Of a stretch of 53,322 nt of DNA, positions 19,876 to 28,801 are shown piece after piece. A program made the translations under genes and the position numbers. Numbering within the stretch: position 1 is the first letter of the stretch; the number at the start of each line of letters is the position of its first letter. Source of the DNA: a bacterium (lineage in GTDB: Bacteria > SM23-31 > JAUVVT01); assembly GCA_030616165.1 (NCBI GenBank), contig JAUWXV010000002.1, positions 1 to 53,322 of the forward strand, read 5' to 3'. The notes under the pieces are model-generated. The model was given only the letters and a program-made list of their open reading frames with translations, ran no database searches and was not told the origin of the DNA.

Positions 19876-19953
19876 TGCATAAAACGGAAAAGAAACTTTA
19901 TACTTATTTTTAATTCAACACGAGTACTTGGAATTAATTAAAAAATTTAAAAC

Positions 19954-20640
19954 TTATCTATCATCAAACCATCCCCAGAATTTTTCTTTAAGTATTTCTT
20001 CAAGGGATTTAACTATTTTATCTGCATTAATAATGTCATCAATTGTATTAAAAGGGGTAATCAGTCCAATTACACTGCATCCTGCAGATTTAGCAGACTT
20101 TATACCAATCTCTGAATCTTCAATAGCAAGACATTCAGATGATTGTAAATTTAGTTTATTTATTACATAAAGATATATATCTGGGAAAGGTTTTTTTCTT
20201 CTGACATCCTCAGCAGTGGCAAATGCATCGAAAAAATTGTATATGGATTCAGAAATCTCCATCTTCTTAAATACACATTCCAGAACCTTCTCTACCATTG
20301 TCTTTTTGGAAGAAGAACAAATGCCGAGTTTAATCCTATTTTTTTCCCCCCATAAAAGTATCTCCTTTAACCCTTGATTTGGACTTATAGTATTTTTTTC
20401 TAAGAGGGAAATATATTCTTCATTCCGTACTTTTGCGTATTCTTCAACATCCACATCAATATTAAAATCTTTATTTATTTTAACGATATTATCTTTAACG
20501 GTGCCCCCAATAAGGCTTCGGTGATACTCTGGAGTAAGATTAATTTTAAAACTATCAAAAGTTTTTTGAAAGGCTTTTAGATGTATAGATTCTGTTTCCG
20601 CAATGACCCCATCCACATCAAAAATAATTGCCTTCAGCAT
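19954..20640 (-). CDS. HAD-IA family hydrolase (beta-phosphoglucomutase/phosphatase-like)
   Basis: Motif I is IIFDVDGVIAETE. The downstream motifs are SSS..., KKPFPDIY and EDSEIGIKSAKSAG. Confidence 0.85.
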   Translation of the reverse strand: MLKAIIFDVDGVIAETESIHLKAFQKTFDSFKINLTPEYHRSLIGGTVKDNIVKINKDFNIDVDVEEYAKVRNEEYISLLEKNTISPNQGLKEILLWGEKNRIKLGICSSSKKTMVEKVLECVFKKMEISESIYNFFDAFATAEDVRRKKPFPDIYLYVINKLNLQSSECLAIEDSEIGIKSAKSAGCSVIGLITPFNTIDDIINADKIVKSLEEILKEKFWGWFDDR

Positions 20641-20660
20641 ACTCGAATTTCCTATTTGTA

Positions 20661-21866
20661 TTAAATACTAACTTTATTAAAATCAAGATTATAATATCTG
20701 GGGAGTTCACCAACAAGGGGTTTAATATAATCTATGAAAGCCTGGGTAACCATACTGCCTGATGGAGCAATAAAATCATCTGGCATAGGTTTAGCCCCTT
20801 CTGCAGCCTTTTCGAGTTCAATGGTTCCGATTGAACAATGATATTCTGGAGAGTCATCCCTCACCAGAGTGACCATAAGACCGGTTTTCCCTTCGGCGGC
20901 TAACTTAACAGCCTCGACTCCGCATCGATATGCTTCATCAACATCGACCTCTGAAACCCGGTCTGCACCGCACATCTGTAAAGATTCTACTACCTGGAAC
21001 TCTCCTCTAAAATCAAATTTATTACAAGCCATCCTGTGAAGAACCATCGCAGAAGATACTCCTCCCATTGCACCAAATTCTATATTCTGGAATTTATCCC
21101 TGACGGTTGAGGATGTCACCGGGGTTTTATCAGCATAGGAAATACCTTCACCAATTGATGCTGATACCCATCCATATTCCTTGTAGCATCTCTCCACGTC
21201 GGCAAGAAATTTCTCATCTTCAAAAGGTACCTCAGGGATATAAATTAAGTGAGGTGGATCCTCTTCCCTTTCTTTTGCCGCAATTGAAGATGCAGCAAGC
21301 CATCCTGAATCCCTTCCCACAGCCTGATAAATGACTATTTGGTCAACCTTCTGCATATCCCTTGCAAGAATTCCGCCCTGCTTTACCGACATAGCAACAT
21401 ACCTTGCGGAACTCGGATATCCGGGAGTATGGTCTGTACCAAAGAGGTCATTATCAACAGTTTTTGGTATTCCTATGCCAATCAATTCATAATTGTTTTC
21501 TCCGCAATATTTCTCGACTCGGTGAATAGTGTCCATTGTATCATTTCCGCCTATAAGAAACATATATCTGATATTATATTTTTTCATCATTTTCAGAATT
21601 GGCTCAAAATCTTCTTCTTTTAACTTATGTCTGCATGAACCAAGTGCAGACGACGGGGTTCTGCGAAGTCCATCAACTGTATCCGAGTTTTCTTTTTTCA
21701 AGTCTATGACATCCTCATTCATAAATCCTTCAATACCCCAGCGCATTCCATAAACGCCTGTTATAAAATCACATCTTGATGTTTCCTGGAGCACTCCAAC
21801 TAAACTGCTATTTATTACAGAAGTTGGTCCTCCCGATTGACCTATCACTGCGTTGCCTTTAATCAT
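20661..21866 (-). CDS. Phosphofructokinase-family enzyme, probably PPi-type (PKTVDND)
   Basis: Contains GQSGGPTSVINSSLVG, FLIGGNDT and GIPKTVDNDL. GGGAG SD upstream. Confidence 0.8.
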   Translation of the reverse strand: MIKGNAVIGQSGGPTSVINSSLVGVLQETSRCDFITGVYGMRWGIEGFMNEDVIDLKKENSDTVDGLRRTPSSALGSCRHKLKEEDFEPILKMMKKYNIRYMFLIGGNDTMDTIHRVEKYCGENNYELIGIGIPKTVDNDLFGTDHTPGYPSSARYVAMSVKQGGILARDMQKVDQIVIYQAVGRDSGWLAASSIAAKEREEDPPHLIYIPEVPFEDEKFLADVERCYKEYGWVSASIGEGISYADKTPVTSSTVRDKFQNIEFGAMGGVSSAMVLHRMACNKFDFRGEFQVVESLQMCGADRVSEVDVDEAYRCGVEAVKLAAEGKTGLMVTLVRDDSPEYHCSIGTIELEKAAEGAKPMPDDFIAPSGSMVTQAFIDYIKPLVGELPRYYNLDFNKVSI

Positions 21867-21925
21867 AAAAATTCTCCCATATTATTTGTTAAATATATTA
21901 ATCTTCATTTTTATTAAAATTCTTT

Positions 21926-21957
21926 TTCACCGCAGAGACGCAGAGAAACAGAGAATT
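21926..21957. repeat. GC-rich repeat-like island TTCACCGCAGAGACGCAGAGAAACAGAGAAT
   Basis: An internal direct repetition of GCAGAGA sits in AT-rich spacer between PFK and the SIS gene. It generates the spurious ORF 21853-22053 (FHRRDAEKQRILK). Confidence 0.5.
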
Positions 21958-22016
21958 TTAAAAATTATTTACAATACGTTTTATTACACCTTTAATAACA
22001 GGAACATTTCTAATAA

Positions 22017-23225
22017 CTATCCTGCAATTACTTTAAATTCTTTTTTTTCTTGAAATAAGGGTCTGTCATAAATTTTAACTCCTTTGACTACCCTACTTAT
22101 AATTCCTGCTTCCGAAGGTGAATCCGGCTTTAAATTATAGTATAAAGACTTAAAAAGACCCATTGACTGCCCGACAATGACATAAGCGGGTGTAAGATAA
22201 TCATCTGGAATGCCATCAGTCTGGTGTTCGATTATGATATCGCAGAGCGAACTTAATTCATCATCCGACTTCTTACATACTCCAACTTTTTTCAGTCCTA
22301 TTTGTTTTTCTTTTACTTCATTTACGAGGTCCATTTCGTACTTCCGAATAAAGGTATCTTCAGAAAACAAATAAACAACAACAGTTTGTTCATCAATTAC
22401 TGCTTCTGGACCGTGTCGAAGACCTAAAAATGAGTCGTGTTTAGCAACAACCTTTCCGCTTGTCATTTCTTGCAATTTTAGGTGACATTCTGTTGCACAT
22501 CCTTGAAGAGTATTAGAGCCAAGAAAGACAGCCCTTGTAAATTCCTCCTGACATAAAGAGTTTATAGCATCACTGTATTTATCCATAATAAGTTCACCTG
22601 CTTTTGCGAGATTTTCAATAATTTCAGCAGGTTTTTCGAGACTGGTAATCGTTGCCAAACATTGACCAGCAACAACCATACTCGAAAAGGAAGATGTCAT
22701 CGCAAGACCTCTATCGTTGGTCTTTTCTGGGAGAAGAATCATTAATGATTCAACAGTTTTGCCCATCTGCGCTAGTTTGCCCTCTTTATTGCAAGTAATT
22801 ACTATATGTTTTATATCGGCAGAAGATTCCTCAGCCAATGTAAATGTTCCTATACTTTCTGGTGAATTGCCGGAACGTGCAAAGTGAACCAGAAAATACT
22901 TTTTGTCTGTCTGAAATGCAGCATCAGGGTCGGTGATAATGTCGGTGGTGGCTATGGCTTTTGTATCATAACCGGAAACTTTATTAAATAAATTTGCAAG
23001 AGATAAGCCAATAAATGCTGATGTTCCCGCTCCAGAGAGAATAAATTGTCTATCTTTTTGGCCGCCAAGAAAATCAATAATTTCTTCTTTCTGATTTTTA
23101 ATTATTTTCAATGTTTCCCTCCACATTTCCGGCTGTTGATATATCTCTTCCGGAGTAGCCTGAACACCTTTTATCTCTTTATCGGCATCGCTTAAATTTA
23201 TTAAATCTGTTAATGAATTACCCAT
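22017..23225 (-). CDS. agaS: AgaS-like double-SIS sugar-phosphate isomerase/deaminase
   Basis: QQPEMW, ILSGAGTSAFIG, HFARSGNSPESI, ITCNKEGKLA and NDRGLAMTSSFSSM are collinear with E. coli AgaS as I remember it. Confidence 0.75.
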   Translation of the reverse strand: MGNSLTDLINLSDADKEIKGVQATPEEIYQQPEMWRETLKIIKNQKEEIIDFLGGQKDRQFILSGAGTSAFIGLSLANLFNKVSGYDTKAIATTDIITDPDAAFQTDKKYFLVHFARSGNSPESIGTFTLAEESSADIKHIVITCNKEGKLAQMGKTVESLMILLPEKTNDRGLAMTSSFSSMVVAGQCLATITSLEKPAEIIENLAKAGELIMDKYSDAINSLCQEEFTRAVFLGSNTLQGCATECHLKLQEMTSGKVVAKHDSFLGLRHGPEAVIDEQTVVVYLFSEDTFIRKYEMDLVNEVKEKQIGLKKVGVCKKSDDELSSLCDIIIEHQTDGIPDDYLTPAYVIVGQSMGLFKSLYYNLKPDSPSEAGIISRVVKGVKIYDRPLFQEKKEFKVIAG

Positions 23226-23289
23226 TTCCTAATCCTTTCAATTTTCTTTTTAAATATTGAACTTTACCTACTTTTTTTTCAAAGGAATT

Positions 23290-24441
23290 TTACGCTTTTG
23301 ATTTAATTCTATGTGCTTCAGCGAGCGCCAAAGCAAAATCCCTGACATCTATTACACTCACAGAAGGAACATTTTTTTCTTTTGCAATTGGTTCCGCATC
23401 CGAATCTTTTTGTGGAAAAAAGAGAGCATTATCCAGTGTTTGTGGAATATCGGAATCTTTATCTCCAATTATGGCTAAAATAAATGGTACGTCACCAAAT
23501 GCATCTTTACCGAATTCCCTTAAACCTGCGTCTTTTGAATAATTTCCTTCTTCTGCCTCTTTTGAAATTAAATCTACACCGTGGTCTTCATAAACGAGGG
23601 ATTTCCTTCCTGTTTCATTTTCAGCGGCTTTTGCAAATTCTCTCACCTTTTCAAGGTCAAAGTCAGGATTATCTTTGGGGTCAATTCGTAAAGACAATTT
23701 TTCATCCTCTTCCTTTTTCACTCTGACACTGATTAATGGATGAACTTTGAACAGTGTTTCAGCAAGCCCTTTCAGATTTTCTGGTTTATTTTCAAATAAA
23801 ATCCTTTCCTCTTTTTCTATTAGTTCCACATTAGACTTTTCTTTTGCCGCATTATATATCTGCTGGATTGATGGTCTTCTTCCTTTTACCAGTGGATGAG
23901 CCAGAAGCTCACCGTGTTCATCAGCCTCGACACAAATAGCCCCACTCCCCGGAGAATAATTCCCCTGAAATGCAACCTTGATATCCATCTCTGAAGCAAC
24001 CTTTAGAATGGAATACATAAAATTTAATCTTTCCTCTTCTCGGTACGGATAAAGATACCTGAAATTTCCTTTTCTTTCGTAAACCATACCGTATTCGCCG
24101 ACGATTCCAATCGCAGGAAGATTAAGTTTATTTTTCCTGAAGAAATCCATAGTAGATAAATCCCATCCAGTCATAAGGCTCACCTCTATGCCTGAGGTAT
24201 TTATCAGATGATTTATACATTCGGTAGCACAATTAAATGGCATTAAATTATTATCCCCGCAGGCAACTATCGGTCCATTAACATCAAGTCCGACAACTAT
24301 ATTTCCGCCTATATTGTAGTTCATCTCATCAGTCTTTTTGAGTATATTTTCGATTAAACTTGTAAGATAAGCATTCTCTAAAGGCACGCAGTCTGCAAGT
24401 TCTTTTACTTTTTCTGAAAGTTCAATTTGATATAATGACAC
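23290..24441 (-). CDS. HAD-IIB (Cof-type) phosphatase-like protein with an atypical motif I (DVNGP)
   Basis: VVGLDVNGPIV (motif I, D-x-N instead of D-x-D), SLMTGW (motif II), YSKDAGLREF (motif III Lys) and IIGDKDSDI (motif IV). The GTG start has GGAGGGG just upstream. Confidence 0.5.
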   Translation of the reverse strand: MSLYQIELSEKVKELADCVPLENAYLTSLIENILKKTDEMNYNIGGNIVVGLDVNGPIVACGDNNLMPFNCATECINHLINTSGIEVSLMTGWDLSTMDFFRKNKLNLPAIGIVGEYGMVYERKGNFRYLYPYREEERLNFMYSILKVASEMDIKVAFQGNYSPGSGAICVEADEHGELLAHPLVKGRRPSIQQIYNAAKEKSNVELIEKEERILFENKPENLKGLAETLFKVHPLISVRVKKEEDEKLSLRIDPKDNPDFDLEKVREFAKAAENETGRKSLVYEDHGVDLISKEAEEGNYSKDAGLREFGKDAFGDVPFILAIIGDKDSDIPQTLDNALFFPQKDSDAEPIAKEKNVPSVSVIDVRDFALALAEAHRIKSKA

Positions 24442-24481
24442 TACCCCTCCATAAAAATTTAATTAAAAGATTTAAGATAGA

Positions 24482-24519
24482 AACTTAACTATCCCGGTTA
24501 TTCGGGATAATTTTAAGTT
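24482..24519 (-). terminator. Extended hairpin between the epimerase and the HAD-IIB-like gene (terminator or attenuator)
   Basis: AACTTAA-C-TATCCCG-GTTATT-CGGGATA-ATT-TTAAGTT, with T-rich flanks on both strands. Confidence 0.4.
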
Positions 24520-24546
24520 TTTTCGATAATGTAACTATACAAAAAT

Positions 24547-25506
24547 TCACACGAAGTACGGTCTGACATTAATGCTTCTTCTATCGATGTCGCCGGGCGG
24601 TAGTTTGACCACTCCTACCTTTTTATCAAATTGCTCCTGTTCTTCATGGTCATCCATACCCTGCCATGGTTCAACGCAGATAAAATTATGTCCGGGTTCA
24701 GACCAGAATCCTAAATGTGGAAATTCTTTAAAATCAACCTCAATTTTCAACTTTGCTGCTGGGTCATATATAGAGCAGATTCTGTTATTCGGGTCGTCTA
24801 TTTCCAGCATTATGGTAGCCTCGAGTTCATCTTCTGTTCTTTCAAGCGCACCATCAAGTTCAATTTCACTTGTTTCGCCTGTCAAACGACAATATTCGTT
24901 GTTATGGTATTTTCTATATTTCCCTTTTTTTAATAATATTTGACATTCCGCTTTGCTGCCAAGTCTATCAATTACAGGTGTCTTAAAACCGGGATGCCAG
25001 CCAAAACAATAGTATATATCATCTACTTCCTCAGTGTTTTTTATTGAAAAATTAACAGCGAGGTCATTTCCACTCAGTTGATAGATTATATCAAACTCAA
25101 AATTAAAGGGATAATACACTTTTGTTTCTTCATCAGCGCTCAACCTATAATGAAGGCTTGCTTTATCATTTGTATCTTGACCAACAAGCGAAAATGTCGA
25201 ATGTCTCGGAAAACCATGATTTCCTCTGCTTGATATGACCTTATCTCCGAGATAACTTTTGTTATTCTTTAATCCGCCAACTATTGGAAATAGAATTGTA
25301 GCATGATTTTTCCAGCCAGAAGAAGGCTTTTCTGCCAGTCCATCCCGATAAAGGAGGGGGAGTTCTTTACCTCTATTTTTATCGTAAATCCTGTATCCAA
25401 TCAACTCTCCACCAAATCGGTTAATTATAATGGAAGATTTATCAGATTCGTTAATTATTTTATCAATCTGCGAACTCTCATCGGTTAAAATTGAATATTC
25501 TGCCAT
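24547..25506 (-). CDS. Aldose 1-epimerase (galactose mutarotase-like) family protein
   Basis: Contains HGFPRHSTF, GWHPGF and CVEPW. The ATG at 25506 (MAEYSIL) is preceded by GAGGAG with a 7-nt spacer, so it is preferred to the track start at 25527. Confidence 0.8.
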   Translation of the reverse strand: MAEYSILTDESSQIDKIINESDKSSIIINRFGGELIGYRIYDKNRGKELPLLYRDGLAEKPSSGWKNHATILFPIVGGLKNNKSYLGDKVISSRGNHGFPRHSTFSLVGQDTNDKASLHYRLSADEETKVYYPFNFEFDIIYQLSGNDLAVNFSIKNTEEVDDIYYCFGWHPGFKTPVIDRLGSKAECQILLKKGKYRKYHNNEYCRLTGETSEIELDGALERTEDELEATIMLEIDDPNNRICSIYDPAAKLKIEVDFKEFPHLGFWSEPGHNFICVEPWQGMDDHEEQEQFDKKVGVVKLPPGDIDRRSINVRPYFV

Positions 25507-25853
25507 TTTAAATCTCCTCTTAAACAATTATTTATACTAAGAATATAATGAGATAAAAATATACAGTAAGTTCTATTATATATCAATCATTTTATTTAAA
25601 GATTAAACATTAATACCTTTTTTATGGGTGTGCAAAAGATTAAATAATCAGCAAATAAATTTGAAATTTTCGATTATTTTTAATAATTTGAAATTATCTA
25701 TAATATTATAAAATCAAACTTAAATATTAACAAAATTATTTAAAAAAGTAAAGTAAAAAATGACTCTAAATATTCAAGAGTTTTTCTTCGCAAATTCTTT
25801 CACATTTAAATTGCATGATTAAAAATCAGCCGTAGTTTTGTTAATAATATTCT

Positions 25854-28733
25854 CTAATTTTTGCTTTTTAAAAAACATATTTCGACATTTTTATCAAACC
25901 ATATCGGATTAATATCTCTAAGATATTCGTGCCTGTTTTTATGACAGGTCAAAAGAATTACTTGATGCTCTTCTGCCAGTTCTGATATTATAAATTTCAT
26001 CCCATCTGCAAATCTTTCATCATCACTTGTGATAAATGGGTCATCCATAATGAAAGGAAGTTTCCAACCTGATTGTGAAAAATATTTCCCAAGAGCCAAT
26101 CTAATCGAGAGATAAATCTGGTCTTTTGCACCTGCACTCAACTGATAAACAACCTCCTTTTGACTGCATATCCTATTCCACTCCTTCGGTCTAACGGTAA
26201 AACTTAAATCAGAATCAAATTTCAAATCTTCGTAATTTTTATTAATTTTACCAAGAATTATATTTACACTACTATTTAAGATTAATGCCCAGTTCTTGTG
26301 ACTCTCTTTGGATATTCTTTCAAGAGCATCAAATGCAAGTTCAACTGAAGTTTTAAAATTTTTCGTTTTTTTAAGAATATCTTTTAAATTGGACAATTCA
26401 TTTAGCAGTTTTGGAAACTTTTCCCGATATTCTTTCATAACTGTACCTATTGATTCTGATAATTCCAATTTTTCATCCTGTATTTTTTTAAGTACCATAT
26501 CATTCTTTCTATACTCGTCATTATATTCAGCGGTGGATTTTTCAACCTCAAAACCTCTAAAATCCGGAAATTCCTTTACTATGCTTTCGGCTTTTTTTTC
26601 TAAAACTCTTATCTTAGCATTTTTAATATTAATGTCCTGATTGTTCAGCATAGAATTCTCTAAAGGTGGTATCAATTCGTTCTTCAGTTTTATATATCTA
26701 TTATATTCTTTGAACTTTTCCTTATATTTTTCAATTCCCTTATCTACATCCTCTTTTTCATCTATTTCAGATTCATCAAAAATCTTGTAAATTTCTCTTT
26801 CGATGGTCTCCTTTTCTTGCAATGCTGCATTAATTCGCTCTGTCTTCTCTTTTATTTTTTTATCCAAATTCATCTTATTAAGGTAAAGAGAGAAATATTT
26901 TTCAAGATTATTTTTAAATTTTTCACAAAACTCAACAGTTATGTCAGAAACATCCAAATCAGTATTAATCTTTTTTAGATACCGTAATATTTCCGATTTT
27001 ATTTCTTCTGCTTCTTTCTTTAATATTTCAAAGTCTTGATTCATTTTGTTGAGTGTATCAGTCCTTCCATTAAGTCTTTTGTAAAATTTGAATTTTTCGA
27101 CTAAGTCCTGATAATTTTCAAAATTATATTTCCTGCTTATACTCTCAATTTTGTTTTCAGCATTATCTTTTTCACTTAATAGTCTGCTTTTTTCTTCCTC
27201 AGATAATTCAAATTTGTTTTTCAAGTCGATATATTTATCACTTTCCATAGAATTTGCTGTTAAATATAATACAAAACCATAAACAGCGGCAATAATACCC
27301 AAAATCAAAGATGGAATCAGAAAAAATATTCCGAGAGTCAGGAATAAACCTAAAGTTAAAACTATAATTCCTGAAAAGGATAGAAGTATGCCATTTTTCT
27401 TTCTTGCTCTTCTGAGATTTATTATTTTATCTGTTTCTTCTTTTAAATTTTCAATTTCAGATATTGCTTCATTTATTTTAGAATTTTTTTTCCAGAAATA
27501 TTCATTATAATCTCCGATAAAATCCTTATCTTCGTCACTAACTTCATCAAATATCTTTTTCAATAATTTGTAATCTGCAAGTTTATAACCCTCATCTTTT
27601 ATTTTTTCTTTTTCACTTTCAATATCCTCTTTCTTTTCTTCTAATTTTTTTAAATTTTCTTTTAACTTGATTAAAAGAATTTCAATATCCTTTTTTTCGT
27701 TTTCGGTAAATTTTTTAAATTCCTCATAACCTTTCAACTCTTTTTCACACTCTTCCTTTATCTTTTCGACTTTTTCCATATCCGTTTTTTCATTCTTAAT
27801 ATCATCTTCTATACTTGACAGTTTACCCTGCATCTGTAAAAGTAAATCATTTTTATCAATTGGGAAATTAGATAAACGTTTTAACGATTCAAGTTCTTTT
27901 AAATAATTTTCCAATTTTTCTTTGTTTTTCTTATCTTGATGAAGTTGATTCTTTAATTCCTTAATTTCAGATAACTTTCCAAGATAATCCATCATCTTCA
28001 TATCTGAATTTATTTTTTGTTCTTTTTCGCTTAATCTTTCAATCTTTGTTATTTCGCTATCGACTTCCAGTCTTCTTTCATCAAGACTTTTGAGTTCGGA
28101 CTCGATTTCGGTTATTCTTTTATTAAGGTTATTTATCTCATTCTTGACCATTCCCTTTCCTTTTAAAGTATATCCCTGATATTTATTCAGAGCGGTATTC
28201 AAAACATCAATTGCATCAAGTGCAGTGGTATCACCGGATGAAGTGTCAACTATCTTTTGTATACTTTTTGTAATACTGTCAGAGTCTTTCGAACTTTGAA
28301 TTTCGTGCTGGCGAATTAAGGCGGTCTTTAAAAATACATCCCTTGGTAATTTCAGTAGAAACTCACCAACTGGGTATTCCCTCTTCCCTTTGTAAAAATC
28401 TTCACTTATATCCTTACCGGTTAATATATCATAAATGAAAACCTTATCCTTTTCAAAATCTCTTTTAATCAGCAGTTCCTTTTTATTAATCTCGATTTCG
28501 AGTTCAATTTCATAGGAATCATTATCCCATGGTTTCAATCTATCAAATTCTTTCATTTCATCTTTTTTTGCGCGAACTAAAGGAAACCCATATAAACCCG
28601 CCAATATCCCATCAACAAAAGTAGATTTCCCCTCTTCATTACTCTCAACTATCAAAGTAACCTTGTCAGGATTTAAAACGATTTCCCCATCAAGACAGCC
28701 AAATTTATTTGCTTTGAATCTCTTAATCTTCAT
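25854..28733 (-). CDS. SMC/SbcC-like ATPase of the YhaN (SbcE) type with a central transmembrane hairpin
   Basis: The N-terminus MKIKRFKANKFGCL... has Walker A ESNEEGKST, followed by about 800 aa of Lys/Glu-rich coiled coil. The C-terminal signature is QLSAGAKDQIYLSIRLAL, Walker B is LPFIMDDPF, and the H-loop is ILLTCH. Two hydrophobic helices (GILLSFSGIIVLTLGLFLTLGIFFLIPSLILGIIAAVYGFVLYL) sit mid-protein. The start is uncertain: the track start at 28781 is a TTG, and ATGs lie at 28760 and 28733. Confidence 0.75.
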   Translation of the reverse strand: MKIKRFKANKFGCLDGEIVLNPDKVTLIVESNEEGKSTFVDGILAGLYGFPLVRAKKDEMKEFDRLKPWDNDSYEIELEIEINKKELLIKRDFEKDKVFIYDILTGKDISEDFYKGKREYPVGEFLLKLPRDVFLKTALIRQHEIQSSKDSDSITKSIQKIVDTSSGDTTALDAIDVLNTALNKYQGYTLKGKGMVKNEINNLNKRITEIESELKSLDERRLEVDSEITKIERLSEKEQKINSDMKMMDYLGKLSEIKELKNQLHQDKKNKEKLENYLKELESLKRLSNFPIDKNDLLLQMQGKLSSIEDDIKNEKTDMEKVEKIKEECEKELKGYEEFKKFTENEKKDIEILLIKLKENLKKLEEKKEDIESEKEKIKDEGYKLADYKLLKKIFDEVSDEDKDFIGDYNEYFWKKNSKINEAISEIENLKEETDKIINLRRARKKNGILLSFSGIIVLTLGLFLTLGIFFLIPSLILGIIAAVYGFVLYLTANSMESDKYIDLKNKFELSEEEKSRLLSEKDNAENKIESISRKYNFENYQDLVEKFKFYKRLNGRTDTLNKMNQDFEILKKEAEEIKSEILRYLKKINTDLDVSDITVEFCEKFKNNLEKYFSLYLNKMNLDKKIKEKTERINAALQEKETIEREIYKIFDESEIDEKEDVDKGIEKYKEKFKEYNRYIKLKNELIPPLENSMLNNQDINIKNAKIRVLEKKAESIVKEFPDFRGFEVEKSTAEYNDEYRKNDMVLKKIQDEKLELSESIGTVMKEYREKFPKLLNELSNLKDILKKTKNFKTSVELAFDALERISKESHKNWALILNSSVNIILGKINKNYEDLKFDSDLSFTVRPKEWNRICSQKEVVYQLSAGAKDQIYLSIRLALGKYFSQSGWKLPFIMDDPFITSDDERFADGMKFIISELAEEHQVILLTCHKNRHEYLRDINPIWFDKNVEICFLKSKN

Positions 28734-28801
28734 ATCGATTATCGTTATTAGCGTATTCATTACCCATCCCTTGTAATGCAAGGGATGAAAAAGAAAGTAA
28801 G

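Noticed and set aside
21853-22053. A 66-aa plus-strand ORF in the PFK/SIS spacer.
   Set aside because: It reads straight through the CACCGCAGAGACGCAGAG repeat island (FHRRDAEKQRILK) and AT-rich spacer, and it overlaps the end of the SIS gene. It is a repeat-derived artefact.
28734-28781. The TTG-initiated extension (MHYKGWVMNTLITIID) of the SMC-like ATPase.
   Set aside because: SbcC/YhaN-type proteins normally begin right at the MKI..L strand before Walker A. The extension also overlaps an 8-bp hairpin (28765-28787). I kept 28733 as the start but cannot exclude 28760.
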